From contig JANWIO010000052.1 of assembly GCA_025449835.1 (NCBI GenBank), positions 183 through 64,182 of the forward strand: a stretch of 64,000 bases of DNA, read 5' to 3'. This document shows, in pieces, positions 29,766 to 40,434 of the stretch (position 1 is its first letter; every line of letters begins with the position of its first letter). Source of the stretch: Vampirovibrionales bacterium (lineage in GTDB: Bacteria; Cyanobacteriota; Vampirovibrionia; Vampirovibrionales; JAGQHJ01). The position numbers and the translations under genes were made by a program. The notes beneath the pieces were generated by a model that saw nothing but the letters and a program-made list of their open reading frames with translations, ran no database searches and had not been told where the DNA came from.

Positions 29766-31031
29766 TTATTTCGCAGACAATAAGAGTCTAGCAGGGTGTT
29801 CAAGCCAGGAAACCACCTCTTTCACAAAGAGAGCAGCCTCCATGCCGTCAACCACCCGATGATCGCAGGAAATAGACAAATACATCATTTCCCGAATCAC
29901 AATCTCATCATTGCGGACCACGGGGCGTTTTTCAATTTTTTGAATCCCCATAATGGCCACTTCAGGATAATTAATAATGGGTGCCGAAAAAATGCCCCCA
30001 ATCGAACCAATACTGGTTAACGTAAAGGTGCCGCCTTGTAAGTCTGAAAGACTCAGCTTCCCTTGACGGGCTTTTTCACTTAAATCTGTAATTTCTACGG
30101 CCAAATCCATCAACGATAGCTGGTCTGCATCTTTTACAACAGGGACAATCAAGCCATCTTCCGTGGCCACCGCAACACCCAGGTTGTAATATTGCTTTAA
30201 AACAATTTCCTGTTTCGCTTCGTCTAAACTGCTGTTGAGGACCGGGTATTTTTTAAGCCCTTCAATAACAGCCTTCATAATAAAAGGCAGATACGTCAGT
30301 TTGACACCTACAACCTCAGCATGAGGTTGCAAATCATTCCGAAACTTGACGATATCGGTCATGTCTACTTCTTCGACATAGGTAAAATGCGGCGCTGTAT
30401 GCTTGGACTTCACCAAATGCTCGGCAATTTTACGACGCATCCCCACAAACGGAATTCGCTCTGCGTGTCTTGCTCCAGCAACGTGAGGTCTTTGGGGCTT
30501 TAAAGAGGGTGTAGAGACACCTTTTTCTGGCGTAAAAGAAAGTACATCAGCTTTTTGGACACGTCCATGGGGCCCAGACCCTGAAATTAGGGTCAAATCA
30601 ACCCCCATGGAACGAGCCAGTTTACGCACCGCAGGTGCTGCTAAAACCTTGCTTGAAGGCCCTTGTGATTCATAACGCTGCATTGTTTTTCCGTCCCCCT
30701 GGGGCCGCTCAGCAACCGCAACGGGCTGTGAAGTCTTTCCACCATTTTCAGCATGAGCCTGGGTTTCTGCAGCGGATTTTGTCTCACCAGCCGCGGCTTT
30801 ATCAATGGTAATAATCACTTGGCCCACTTTAACAACATCGCCTTTTTTATAATGCAGGTCTTTTACAGCGCCAGCAACAGGAGAAGTAATTTCAACGGTT
30901 ACTTTATCGGTCATCACCTCAACCATGGGCTCATCTTCATAAACACTCTGTCCAGGTTGTACCAACCACTTGGAGATTTCACCTTCATGAACGCCTTCTC
31001 CAATGTCCGGTAGCTTAAATTCAAAAACCAT
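29766..31031 (-). CDS. pdhC: pyruvate dehydrogenase E2, dihydrolipoamide acetyltransferase
   Basis: Lipoyl domain EVMTDKVTVEITSP; catalytic C-terminus SCDHRVVDG; start set at the ATG at 31031 preceded by GGGGAGG. Confidence 0.9.
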   Translation of the reverse strand: MVFEFKLPDIGEGVHEGEISKWLVQPGQSVYEDEPMVEVMTDKVTVEITSPVAGAVKDLHYKKGDVVKVGQVIITIDKAAAGETKSAAETQAHAENGGKTSQPVAVAERPQGDGKTMQRYESQGPSSKVLAAPAVRKLARSMGVDLTLISGSGPHGRVQKADVLSFTPEKGVSTPSLKPQRPHVAGARHAERIPFVGMRRKIAEHLVKSKHTAPHFTYVEEVDMTDIVKFRNDLQPHAEVVGVKLTYLPFIMKAVIEGLKKYPVLNSSLDEAKQEIVLKQYYNLGVAVATEDGLIVPVVKDADQLSLMDLAVEITDLSEKARQGKLSLSDLQGGTFTLTSIGSIGGIFSAPIINYPEVAIMGIQKIEKRPVVRNDEIVIREMMYLSISCDHRVVDGMEAALFVKEVVSWLEHPARLLLSAK

Positions 31032-31096
31032 GGTTATAGACCTCCCCAGTAACAATACAAATCGCAGTGCCTCAGTGTTTAGACACCAGCTTTTCT

Positions 31097-32071
31097 TTAA
31101 AAATTAAGCACATCCTGGATGGCTCGGTACACTCGGGCTGGATGTGGCATATAAACATACTCTAACGTATATGGGAACGGCGTATCTAATCCCGCAACTC
31201 GGATAATGGGCGCTTCCAAATACTCAATAGCATTCTCTGCAATGGTTGCAGCAATTTCAGCACCATAGCCACAGGTTTTCGGCGCCTCATATACCACGAT
31301 GGCTCGCCCAGTCTTCTTCACAGAATTTAAAATGGTTTGAATGTCTAATGGATACAACGTTCTCAAATCAACAATTTCAACTTGATATCCATCCTCTGAG
31401 GCTTTGTTGGCTGCCTTCTCAGCAACTTGCACCATGGAGCCATAGCAGAAAACAGAGACATCGGTACCAGAGCGAACCACATTGGCTGGCCCAATGGGAA
31501 TCACATAATCTTCCTGAGGCACATCCTGCTTAAAGGCCCGGTAAATTTTCTTGGGCTCCATAAAGATAACGGGATCTTCACCCCGAATCGCCGATTTGAG
31601 AAGGCCTTTAGCGTCGTAAGGATTAGAAGGAATCACAACCTGAAGCCCTGGGGTATGGCAAAAATAGGCTTCAGGGCTTTGGGAATGATAATGCCCACCC
31701 CGAATACCTCCACCATAAGGGGTTCTCACCACGACAGGTGAGGTAAAGTCTCCGCCAGAACGATAACGCATCTTGGCTAGCTCTGAAACGATCTGGTCAA
31801 ATGCCGGATAGATAAAATCAGCAAATTGAATTTCGGGTACCGGTTTTAACCCATAAACAGCCATCCCAATGGCAGATCCAATAATCCCACTTTCAGAAAG
31901 CGGCGTATCCATCACCCGCTCGGCACCAAACTTTTGGTAGAGCCCTTCAGTTGCCCGAAAAACGCCCCCATTTACACCAACATCTTCACCCAAAACAACA
32001 ACATCTTCATCTCGGGCCATTTCTTCGTGAAGTGCCGTATTAATCGCTTGTAATAATGTCATTTCTGCCAT
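31097..32071 (-). CDS. pdhB: pyruvate dehydrogenase E1 beta subunit
   Basis: 324 aa; transketolase-like Pyr and C-terminal domains (EDVGVNGGVFRAT..., FMEPKKIY). Confidence 0.9.
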   Translation of the reverse strand: MAEMTLLQAINTALHEEMARDEDVVVLGEDVGVNGGVFRATEGLYQKFGAERVMDTPLSESGIIGSAIGMAVYGLKPVPEIQFADFIYPAFDQIVSELAKMRYRSGGDFTSPVVVRTPYGGGIRGGHYHSQSPEAYFCHTPGLQVVIPSNPYDAKGLLKSAIRGEDPVIFMEPKKIYRAFKQDVPQEDYVIPIGPANVVRSGTDVSVFCYGSMVQVAEKAANKASEDGYQVEIVDLRTLYPLDIQTILNSVKKTGRAIVVYEAPKTCGYGAEIAATIAENAIEYLEAPIIRVAGLDTPFPYTLEYVYMPHPARVYRAIQDVLNF

Positions 32072-32115
32072 TGGTTAAAACCCTCCTGAAAACATACCCT
32101 GACAATTCCCACACA

Positions 32116-33228
32116 TCATAATGGGAATTCCCCCTCATTGGTTAACTCTAGCCCACTTTCATGGGTTAAAATATCCTCTTTTTGCGCCATTAGAGCTTGG
32201 GGATCGTTTGAATAAACCCCTTCAAACAGACTTTCCCATGGTGGCTGGGGTAATGATTCTGCCACTTTGATAGCTTCACTAATTTTGTTCTGAATGGAAG
32301 CTTTCACGTCAGCCTCATAGGCTTCCGTCCAAATCCCTAAGGATTCAAGCTCTTTTTGAAACAAGAGAATCGGATCCCGCTTGAGCCATTTTTCAGTTTC
32401 CTCTTTTGAGCGATACCGCGTTGGATCATCTGATGAGGAGTGAGGCCCGGCACGATAGGTTTTCAACTCTAATAAGGTTGGGCCTTCACCAACTTTTGCC
32501 CGTTGCATAGCTTCTTTGGTTGCTCGATACACCGCAAGGACATCATTACCATCAACCTGAATACCGGTCATACCATAAGCCTTGGCTTTATCGGCCAAAC
32601 ATTCAACACTGGTTTGCTTGCTAACTGGGACAGAAATGGCGTATTGATTATTGACCAATGCAAAAATACAGGGGGCTTTAAACGTGGCTGCAAAATTCAT
32701 CCCCGAGTGAAAATCATTGGAGGACGTCCCACCATCGCCAAAATACGTCAAAACAACGGCTTCATCTTTTTTGATTTTAGCCGCCATGGCGCATCCCACA
32801 GCCTGAATAACCTGTGTCCCAATAACACTGGAGATAGACAGGAAATGGTGTTCACGAGAAGTGTAATGCACCGGCATTTGTTTCCCTTCAACAACATCTG
32901 CACTATTGCCAAAGAGATTATTCATCATCGACTGGAGCGGAACACCCCGCAGTAAGGCAACGCCCGGTTGCCGGTAGGAGGGAAAAATCCAGTCTTGCTC
33001 TCTTAAAGCAAAAGCAGTACCGATTTGGCAGGCTTCCTCTCCAAAAGATCCTGCATAAAAGCCAATACGGCCTTGACGTTGGAGTTTAAGGCAACGATCA
33101 TCATACTCTCGGGTTAAAAGCATCGCTTCATAAATGGCTTTAAGCTGTGATTCTGTCAAACCCTCTGGAAGTTTCTGGTGTTGTTTGGCTGTCGTCGACA
33201 TTTTGCCTTGATCCTGTGTTATTGACAT
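32116..33228 (-). CDS. pdhA: pyruvate dehydrogenase E1 alpha subunit (TPP-dependent)
   Basis: TPP motif GDGGTSSNDFHSGMNFAA...; phosphorylation-loop-like YRAGPHSSSDDPTRYRS. Confidence 0.9.
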   Translation of the reverse strand: MSITQDQGKMSTTAKQHQKLPEGLTESQLKAIYEAMLLTREYDDRCLKLQRQGRIGFYAGSFGEEACQIGTAFALREQDWIFPSYRQPGVALLRGVPLQSMMNNLFGNSADVVEGKQMPVHYTSREHHFLSISSVIGTQVIQAVGCAMAAKIKKDEAVVLTYFGDGGTSSNDFHSGMNFAATFKAPCIFALVNNQYAISVPVSKQTSVECLADKAKAYGMTGIQVDGNDVLAVYRATKEAMQRAKVGEGPTLLELKTYRAGPHSSSDDPTRYRSKEETEKWLKRDPILLFQKELESLGIWTEAYEADVKASIQNKISEAIKVAESLPQPPWESLFEGVYSNDPQALMAQKEDILTHESGLELTNEGEFPL

Positions 33229-33257
33229 TTATCCCTCCTTAAAACCCCATTACTATT

Positions 33258-34160
33258 TTAGGATATCTGTTGTGTTTTTCGACGCTTTTCGACAATACCT
33301 TGAATAAAAAATTCAGCAGCTTTATATGAGCTTCTCACCAAAGGCCCTGATGCGCAATACAGAAAGCCCATCTCCAATGCAACGGCTTCCCATGCCTGAA
33401 ACATTTCTGGGGTCACAAATCGGTCGACAGGCAAATGTTTGGATGTCGGTTGCAAATATTGACCTAACGTCAAAATATCCACATCGTGTTTTCTCAGGTC
33501 TAGCATGCATTCCTGGATTTCATCATCTGTTTCTCCCAACCCCAACATAATAGAAGACTTTGTATATATATCAGAACGATAACACTTGACTGTTTTGAGA
33601 AGATCCAAGGTTTGCTGATACCCCGCACGCCGATCTCGGGCATAATGGGTTAAACGCCGAACCGTTTCAATGTTTTGTGCAATCACATCGGGGTTAGATT
33701 GCATTAAGCGCTCTAAAGCTGGCTTTTGACCTTGAAAATCGGGGATCAAGGTTTCAACAATAATCCCTGGAACCGTCTCTTTTAATGCTTCCACCGTTTT
33801 TGCAAAATGATCGGCTCCACCATCGGGCAGATCGTCTCTATCAACAGAGGTTAAAACGACATATTTTAATCCAAATTGCTTCACCGTCTCTGCAATTTTA
33901 AAAGGCTCTTCCGAGTCAAGCCACCCTTTTGGGTTTCCCGTTTTTACAGCACAAAAACGACACCCACGGGTACAGGTATCTCCCATCAACATGTAAGTTG
34001 CCGTTCCACCTGCCCAACATTCTGCAATATTCGGACACTTTGCCTCTTCACAAACCGTCGCCAAATTGAGTTCCCGTGCGATGGACTTAATCTGGTTATA
34101 TACCGGCCCCCCTGGAGGCCGGATTTTAAGCCATTCAGGCTTGGCAACTCGATTGGTCAA
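33258..34160 (-). CDS. lipA: lipoyl synthase (radical SAM)
   Basis: N-terminal cluster [13 protein letters not shown] and radical-SAM [10 protein letters not shown]. Confidence 0.9.
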   Translation of the reverse strand: MTNRVAKPEWLKIRPPGGPVYNQIKSIARELNLATVCEEAKCPNIAECWAGGTATYMLMGDTCTRGCRFCAVKTGNPKGWLDSEEPFKIAETVKQFGLKYVVLTSVDRDDLPDGGADHFAKTVEALKETVPGIIVETLIPDFQGQKPALERLMQSNPDVIAQNIETVRRLTHYARDRRAGYQQTLDLLKTVKCYRSDIYTKSSIMLGLGETDDEIQECMLDLRKHDVDILTLGQYLQPTSKHLPVDRFVTPEMFQAWEAVALEMGFLYCASGPLVRSSYKAAEFFIQGIVEKRRKTQQIS

Positions 34161-34823
34161 AATGGGCCTTGCCTCTCCTTAAGGAATGCTAACTGATGTG
34201 ATTATTCAATAAAAAACCACCCTAAACAAGAGAGCGCAATCGCCAACTGTATAAAACATCCCAGCCATTTTAATTTAGGCACAAAAGCATGGCTTGGCCC
34301 CAACCCAAATTTTAATCCGCCCCATCTTTCTTAAAAGCAGCGCAAAATGGGCGACATCCTCTTTCAGTCAGCACTCTAAAAAACACCCCTTTAGAGTATC
34401 GCCTAAGCGTCTATCTTTATTTGGACTTGGAGGGAATTAAAAAAGGCTTCTAAGCTCTTCCAGAGCTAAACCATTGCGAGAGAAATGCCATGATACCAAA
34501 ACGTTTTGGTGGGACATTCTGAATCAGCTGGAATGATTCAACTTGCTCTTCTACAGATGCTTGGAACAGGTAATCTAACATTGAATCCCGCACATGTTCC
34601 CTTGAGACTGTATTTTGCATCACCACTACCTCTTCCGTATGCCACTTTTTGTGGACAATTTTCATATTTTCATCCTGTTCTTAAAAGTTATACCCTTTTT
34701 CATCATTTTTCAACCATTTCCGCCTTTCCCCTCTCAATATAACTTTACCTCACCCGCGCCACACCAACCATCCAACTGACCTTTAATATATACTTTATTC
34801 ATCACGGGATACATTCTCTTAGA

Positions 34824-35285
34824 TTAATTTTGGCAGCTTTCACATAGCCCAATCACTTCAAAATTATGGTATTGAATCAAAAATGTCGAGCGTAAAGTAT
34901 CTAAGATTTGCTCAAACGGGCAAACATCCACCACTTGAACATGATTACACTGGGTACACACAAAATGATGATGGTGCATTTTTTGGGTGTTCAGCTCATA
35001 CCGCACTTGGCCATCATTAAAGTTAAGGGGTTTTACCTCTGCCTTCCCCACCAAATGGTTTAAAGCACGATAAACACTGGTTAAACTAATTTCATTATCA
35101 CGCTTAGAGACACTCAACCAGTCTGTAATTTCTTGGGCCGTGGCATGGTTTACCTGCTGCAAGGCTTCCAAAACAGCATGAACCGATTTAACCGTTTTAA
35201 CAGTGTGGGGTGATCGAGTTGTTTTCATCATTTGAAAATCATTATCACTTTTAAATACCATAGCAAGGGAGATGAAATAATGCAA
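34824..35285 (-). CDS. Fur-family metalloregulator (Fur/Zur/Nur-like)
   Basis: C-terminal metal site HHHFVCTQCNHV...GLCESCQ; Fur-type winged HTH in the N-terminal part. Confidence 0.8.
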   Translation of the reverse strand: MHYFISLAMVFKSDNDFQMMKTTRSPHTVKTVKSVHAVLEALQQVNHATAQEITDWLSVSKRDNEISLTSVYRALNHLVGKAEVKPLNFNDGQVRYELNTQKMHHHHFVCTQCNHVQVVDVCPFEQILDTLRSTFLIQYHNFEVIGLCESCQN

Positions 35286-35336
35286 TGGACTGGCTCAATT
35301 TTGGATTGACAAATAATGATGCTTCGGCAACCATGA

Positions 35337-35351
35337 AAATGATTTTCATTT
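35337..35351. promoter_or_regulatory. Fur-box-like palindrome in the divergent promoter region
   Basis: AAATGAtttTCATTT is a perfect 6-3-6 inverted repeat; an additional aaataatgat lies at 35311-35320. Confidence 0.4.
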
Positions 35352-35354
35352 ACA

Positions 35355-36320
35355 GTGGAATTTCTGATGTCGGTTTCTGCCCCCTCGTGGCCCTATGGAT
35401 ACTCTCCAACATGGATGGCTTATCCCCTTAATGGGCACTATTGGGGTGCTTTGCCTGGCTATTCAGCACCATTTTATCCCAACTATACAAACCAAAATCC
35501 CCCTCAATTGCCAAATAGGTCCCAGAGACCTTTTGCTCCGCCACAAGATTCCATGAATTATGGCAATATCATGTCTGCCTTGAATCACTTATTGGCGCCT
35601 CCTTCCTTGGAGGATATTCACGCCCATGAACATCCCCATTCAGAAGAAAGCCAAGAGAAAGGTATGCTTTCTCGTTTTGAACACCTGGCTGAGTTTGCGG
35701 GCCTGATTATGATGGCCCTCTTACTCCGAAAAATGCCTCGTCCTCACGTCTCCGAATTTCGTATGTTTTCATCCAACTGGCGAGATTGGGCTCGGATTAC
35801 CTTGGGAGTGATGGCTGTGGGGAAACTCAATAAAGTATTCGATTGGAAGCCAGCGCCATGGATGGGAGCCCTTGAAACGGCTCTTGTGATTACACCACTG
35901 GCTTTAGGACCTCAAGGAATCCGACAACTGGTTGTTGTGGCCCCATTGGTAATGGGAACCGTTGAAGCGACCAACCAACTCAATAAACGGTTAGGAGAAT
36001 CTCTCGAAAACCGTTATCATATCCCTAAAGCATTGACGCGCCTGGTCATTTCTCTCGCCATGGCCATTGGTGGAATCAAGCTTTACCCCACACTGTTTAA
36101 ACATGCCACCCAATGGGGACTTCTTGGAAAAAAAGCCCAAATAGCCTTGAAAAATGCGACACGTCATGGTTCAGAACAGTTAATGGCAGGGGCCAGCGTC
36201 ATTCTTTGCCCACGGGCCTGCTGCTCTAGCCTCGTTTGCATGACCGATATCGGTGAACTTATTGGGAGCTTGGGCTGGTTCCAATCTTACCAAAAACCAG
36301 GAGCAAAGAAAGCCTCATGA
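35355..36320 (+). CDS. hypothetical membrane protein (321 aa) with an acidic/His-containing N-terminal region
   Basis: Several hydrophobic segments (LAEFAGLIMMALLL, ITLGVMAVGKL, LVVVAPLVMG, LVISLAMAIGGI); HAHEHPHSEE; 4-nt overlap with the downstream His-rich gene. Confidence 0.45.
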   Translation: MEFLMSVSAPSWPYGYSPTWMAYPLNGHYWGALPGYSAPFYPNYTNQNPPQLPNRSQRPFAPPQDSMNYGNIMSALNHLLAPPSLEDIHAHEHPHSEESQEKGMLSRFEHLAEFAGLIMMALLLRKMPRPHVSEFRMFSSNWRDWARITLGVMAVGKLNKVFDWKPAPWMGALETALVITPLALGPQGIRQLVVVAPLVMGTVEATNQLNKRLGESLENRYHIPKALTRLVISLAMAIGGIKLYPTLFKHATQWGLLGKKAQIALKNATRHGSEQLMAGASVILCPRACCSSLVCMTDIGELIGSLGWFQSYQKPGAKKAS

Positions 36321-36637
36321 CAAGCATGTTAGCCATTCAAAACACCTACCGTTTTGGCCACACCCCCCAATGCTCGCATCATTCCCATGCTGAATCCTCC
36401 CATCATACCCATGGCCCCAACTGTTCTCATCATCATCCTCATTCGGACTCATCCAATCATACCAATGGTCCCAATTGTTCTCATGATCACCCTCACACCC
36501 ACACACATCACAAACCAAAAGCCAAAAATCAAAAGCGGAATATCCTTACAGAAACCCTTCACAATATCGTGATGTGGTTCAAAGAGTTTATTGGCGGCTT
36601 CATCGCCGATATGAAAGATCTCTTGGATTTTTCTTAA
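36317..36637 (+). CDS. histidine-rich metal-binding protein (106 aa)
   Basis: CSHHSHAESSHHTHGPNCSHHHPHSDSSNHTNGPNCSHDHPHTHTHH, with an internal repeat H-T-x-G-P-N-C-S-H. Confidence 0.6.
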   Translation: MTSMLAIQNTYRFGHTPQCSHHSHAESSHHTHGPNCSHHHPHSDSSNHTNGPNCSHDHPHTHTHHKPKAKNQKRNILTETLHNIVMWFKEFIGGFIADMKDLLDFS

Positions 36638-36652
36638 AAACGTTTGATGGGT

Positions 36653-37633
36653 TTATTGTTTGCGGGCAAAAATGGTTAAGGTTCGGCCCACCCCTTGACT
36701 TGCCAAAAAGGTATAAAAGGCTTCTCGAAACTGCCGGGCTTCGGGCGAAACATTTAATGCCTGCTCAAACTGCATTCGCTTTGAATGGCAGGCCCGGCCC
36801 ACGTCATTATCCTCAATATACCGATCACCCATGAGCAAGAAAAACTCCATGGGAAAAGAGGCTTCCTCATAAACAGACTGAAAGCCTGTTTTTTCAAGTA
36901 ACTTTCGAAGGGAGTCAAAACTAAAATAGTTCAGATGATGTGGAATTGACACCCAATATTCCGGGAAATCAAAATGCTCATGAAGCATTTTCTGGAAGAG
37001 ATTAAAATCGTTGGGCACTTCAATACAGAGAATTCCCCCGACTTCCAGTACGTCATAAGCTTTTTGGCAAAGTTCGAGGGGGTTGGGCAAGTGTTCCAGG
37101 ACTTGCCGCAAGTGAACTGCTTGAAATTTTCCTTTGAGCTGAGCAATATCAAGATTTTGAAAATAATCATGAATCACCTCAATGCCGGAGATATCTCTGG
37201 CATAGCTGGCAGCTTGCAGTGCAGGCTCAATCCCCAGTACATCCCAACCTCTATCCTCACCATAGCGCAAGAAAAACCCACCCGAGCATCCCACATCAAG
37301 GATTCGTCTAGGAGTTAAAACGTCTGGCAGCAATTCTTCCAGTTTGTCATAGCGATATTTATAAACCGACTCTCGCCAATAGGGCTGTTCTTTTGCATCT
37401 TTTTCAAGGTATTCAGGCTTATCCTCACTATAAAACTGTTCATCATACACTGTTTTTAAAAAATCAGATGAAGGTAAGGGGTCCACATGGGTATAGCCAC
37501 AGCTTTCACAGGCTATCAGCTGATAATCTTGATATTGACCAATGCAGTCTCCCTGATGCTCTTGAATTAAAGTTTCTTTCAAGATGGAATTCTCCCACGT
37601 TTCCATAAAACAATTAGTCTCTGCTGTTCTCAT
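36653..37633 (-). CDS. class I SAM-dependent methyltransferase with an N-terminal Cys-rich (zinc-ribbon-like) region
   Basis: Motif I ILDVGCSGGFFL; post-I acidic residue; CxxC...CESCGY at the N-terminus. Confidence 0.7.
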   Translation of the reverse strand: MRTAETNCFMETWENSILKETLIQEHQGDCIGQYQDYQLIACESCGYTHVDPLPSSDFLKTVYDEQFYSEDKPEYLEKDAKEQPYWRESVYKYRYDKLEELLPDVLTPRRILDVGCSGGFFLRYGEDRGWDVLGIEPALQAASYARDISGIEVIHDYFQNLDIAQLKGKFQAVHLRQVLEHLPNPLELCQKAYDVLEVGGILCIEVPNDFNLFQKMLHEHFDFPEYWVSIPHHLNYFSFDSLRKLLEKTGFQSVYEEASFPMEFFLLMGDRYIEDNDVGRACHSKRMQFEQALNVSPEARQFREAFYTFLASQGVGRTLTIFARKQ

Positions 37634-37720
37634 CGTAACAGGCCTTTGGTGACAAGACCTCCTATGAATGTTCTATCGACGCCTGACCCATCAGGACACA
37701 GCATAGGGAAAGAAAAACGC

Positions 37721-39505
37721 TTAGCTCTTAATTTCAAATCTTAAAATATGGTGGATGGCTTGAAGAACAGACTGAGCATCAATTTTCGTTTCAACAGATA
37801 ATTCTTCCTTACCCCCAAAGCGGACAAAACCATCGGGAATGGCAGCTCGGTGGAGAAAGGGCTGAAGGTGATAATCTGCCAGCATGGTTGCAATCCTGGA
37901 TCCAAGGCCCCCGGTTGAAATATTCTCTTCAAAACTCACCACCAGTTGGGCTATCTGGAATAAAGGGAGGAGATTTTTTTCTGGGAAAGGCTTAATCCAA
38001 CGGATATTAACAATACACACTTCATAGCCTTGGGAAACCAGATCTTCTCGAACCGATAAGGCCGTTCCCAAACAATTTCCAGCTGCAACCAAACAGATTT
38101 TGGCTGGATTTCCAATAATTTCAGGCTTTGTAATATCTTGGTTTTCCAATAATGGCGTATATTCATTCGATCGTACATTTTCATACGGGTGCAAAATGGC
38201 CATGGGACCCGTCGGATTTTGGCAACGCCACCGTAAAATAGCATCAACATCAAAGCGAGTTCCCGCATAGAAAATCTGTAGGTTGGGCAAAGCTTGTAAA
38301 TATGAAAGATCATAAATGCCATGATGGGTTGGTCCATCAAATCCAGCAAACCCAGAGCGGACCACTAAAAGTGTGGCTGGTAAATTCATAAAACAGAGGT
38401 CATGAATAATGGGATCCATGGCCCGTTGCATAAACGTTGCCTGAAAGCATACCACAGGATGTTTTCCTTGAATGGCCAAGCCTGCTGCCATACTTACCGC
38501 ATGTTGCTCTGCCATACCCACATCAATAGCCCGATCTGGAAACCGTTCTAATATCTGATCCAGGTTAGACGCATAAGGAGTGGCTGGCGTAATGGCAACA
38601 ATTGATTCATCCTGCTCCATTAACTGATACAAGGTTTTAGATGCCACCAGAGCATAGGTTTCCCCCACCAATGTTGGTGAAGCCCCTTCACCTGTTTCAG
38701 GATTAAAGGGCATCGAAAAATGCATCCGATACTTATGGCCGTCGGCATAAGGAAGTCCTTTGCCTTTCATGGTTTTCACATGAACCACGACTGGGCGATC
38801 CGTCACCAGGGTTTTGGCATTTTTAAAACCCTCTATTAAACTGGCCATGTCATGACCATCAGGCACAGCCAGATATTGATATCCCAGCCCTTCAAAAAAG
38901 CCTCTGGATTTCTCCTGCCAGTTTGAACCGGAAAATAAATGCTTAATCCCACCCACATTGGGTGCAATGGCCATGCCGTTATCATTGACAACAATAATAA
39001 AGGGTAACCCTTGTAACATCCCAAAATTGAGCCCTTCAAAAGACAAGCCTTCCACCAAAGACCCATCCCCCACGACGGCGACTGTCAGTTGGTTCTGATG
39101 ATTGAGTTTATGGGCCATGGCCATCCCAATAGCCGTGGAAAGAGCCGTTCCAGCGTGGGTGGCATCAATAATGTCGGCTTCATTTTCTTCTCGGGCCAAG
39201 AAACGAGACATCCCAAAAGGCTGATTTAAAGTTGCAAATTCTGCTTTCCGGCCGGTCAAAATTTTGTGTGTATAGCCCTGATGCCCTGTATCAAAAACGA
39301 GATGTTCAACAGCGGAATCAAATACCGCATGTAACGCAACGGTAAGTTCAATGGTGCCAAGATTCGCCCCAATATGCCCACCGGTTTTTGAAATAGAGTC
39401 AATTAAAAATTGCCGAATTTCCTCACAAAGCTTAGTGAGTTCTGGGATTGAAAGACTTTTAATATCAGAAGGTTGATGAATTGTATCAATCAATTGCGCC
39501 GACAT
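37721..39505 (-). CDS. dxs: 1-deoxy-D-xylulose-5-phosphate synthase
   Basis: GGHIGANLGTIELTVALHAVFD...DTGHQGYTHKILTGR; TPP motif GDGSLVEG...NDN. Confidence 0.85.
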   Translation of the reverse strand: MSAQLIDTIHQPSDIKSLSIPELTKLCEEIRQFLIDSISKTGGHIGANLGTIELTVALHAVFDSAVEHLVFDTGHQGYTHKILTGRKAEFATLNQPFGMSRFLAREENEADIIDATHAGTALSTAIGMAMAHKLNHQNQLTVAVVGDGSLVEGLSFEGLNFGMLQGLPFIIVVNDNGMAIAPNVGGIKHLFSGSNWQEKSRGFFEGLGYQYLAVPDGHDMASLIEGFKNAKTLVTDRPVVVHVKTMKGKGLPYADGHKYRMHFSMPFNPETGEGASPTLVGETYALVASKTLYQLMEQDESIVAITPATPYASNLDQILERFPDRAIDVGMAEQHAVSMAAGLAIQGKHPVVCFQATFMQRAMDPIIHDLCFMNLPATLLVVRSGFAGFDGPTHHGIYDLSYLQALPNLQIFYAGTRFDVDAILRWRCQNPTGPMAILHPYENVRSNEYTPLLENQDITKPEIIGNPAKICLVAAGNCLGTALSVREDLVSQGYEVCIVNIRWIKPFPEKNLLPLFQIAQLVVSFEENISTGGLGSRIATMLADYHLQPFLHRAAIPDGFVRFGGKEELSVETKIDAQSVLQAIHHILRFEIKS

Positions 39506-39633
39506 GTGATCGCTTCTGCCTCCGCCCTAAAAAACAATACCCTTACTGGAATCTGAACCCCTGAAGTTATGCAATAATAAAAGTAGAATACTCATTATTC
39601 TAACATAATCAAGTTTAAGAAGTTGTATTCGCC

Positions 39634-40434
39634 GTGCAAAACGCCAACCTATTAACCTCTAGCGAAGATTTAGCCCGAAAAATCAGGCGAGATGCTCTGA
39701 ATCAAATTTATACGGCTGGCTCAGGTCACCCAGGCGGAGCATTGTCTTGTGCCGATCTTCTTGCGGTCCTTTTTGGTGAAGTCTTAAATTATCAGAGCCC
39801 GCAGCAGGATCACTTTATCCTTTCCAAAGGACAATCCTCTGCGGCACTCTATGCTGCTTGGGCCCATACGGGTTTAATCCCCTTGGAAGACCTGAAAGGC
39901 TTTCGAAAACTCAACCACCACTTGCAAGGGCTTCCTCATGTGTTGCCAACCCCTTTGGCCGAAACAAGCACTGGCTCATTAGGACAAGGGTTTTCAGTAG
40001 CAGTTGGGATGGCTTTGGGCTATCGACATCAAAACAATCCATGCCGAATTGTTACAGTATTGGGAGACGGTGAGCTACAGGCCGGCATTGTTTGGGAAGC
40101 GGCAATGTGTGCTGCCCATTATCAACTTGGCCAACTTACAGCCATCATTGATTACAATAAGCTTCAAAGTGATTCATCCAACGATCAGGTGATTCAGCTT
40201 GAGCCCTTGGCTGATAAATGGCGTGCCTTTGGGTGGGAGGTTCGAGAAATTGATGGTCATAATCATGAGGCCATTCGTAACGCCTTAAACTATGCAGGAA
40301 GCAAACCGCTTGTGATTATTGCCCATACCATTAAGGGCAAAGGTGTGAGCTGGATGGAAAATATCCCGGCCTGGCATGGCAGCGTTACGTTAACCGATGA
40401 ACAAATTCAATCAGCATTGGAAGAACTCGCATGA
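39634..40434 (+). CDS. transketolase, N-terminal (TPP-binding) subunit; GTG start
   Basis: GHPGGALSCADLLAVLF, GSLGQGFSVAVGMAL, VLGDGELQAGIVWEA; 266 aa; split-transketolase architecture. Confidence 0.85.
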   Translation: MQNANLLTSSEDLARKIRRDALNQIYTAGSGHPGGALSCADLLAVLFGEVLNYQSPQQDHFILSKGQSSAALYAAWAHTGLIPLEDLKGFRKLNHHLQGLPHVLPTPLAETSTGSLGQGFSVAVGMALGYRHQNNPCRIVTVLGDGELQAGIVWEAAMCAAHYQLGQLTAIIDYNKLQSDSSNDQVIQLEPLADKWRAFGWEVREIDGHNHEAIRNALNYAGSKPLVIIAHTIKGKGVSWMENIPAWHGSVTLTDEQIQSALEELA

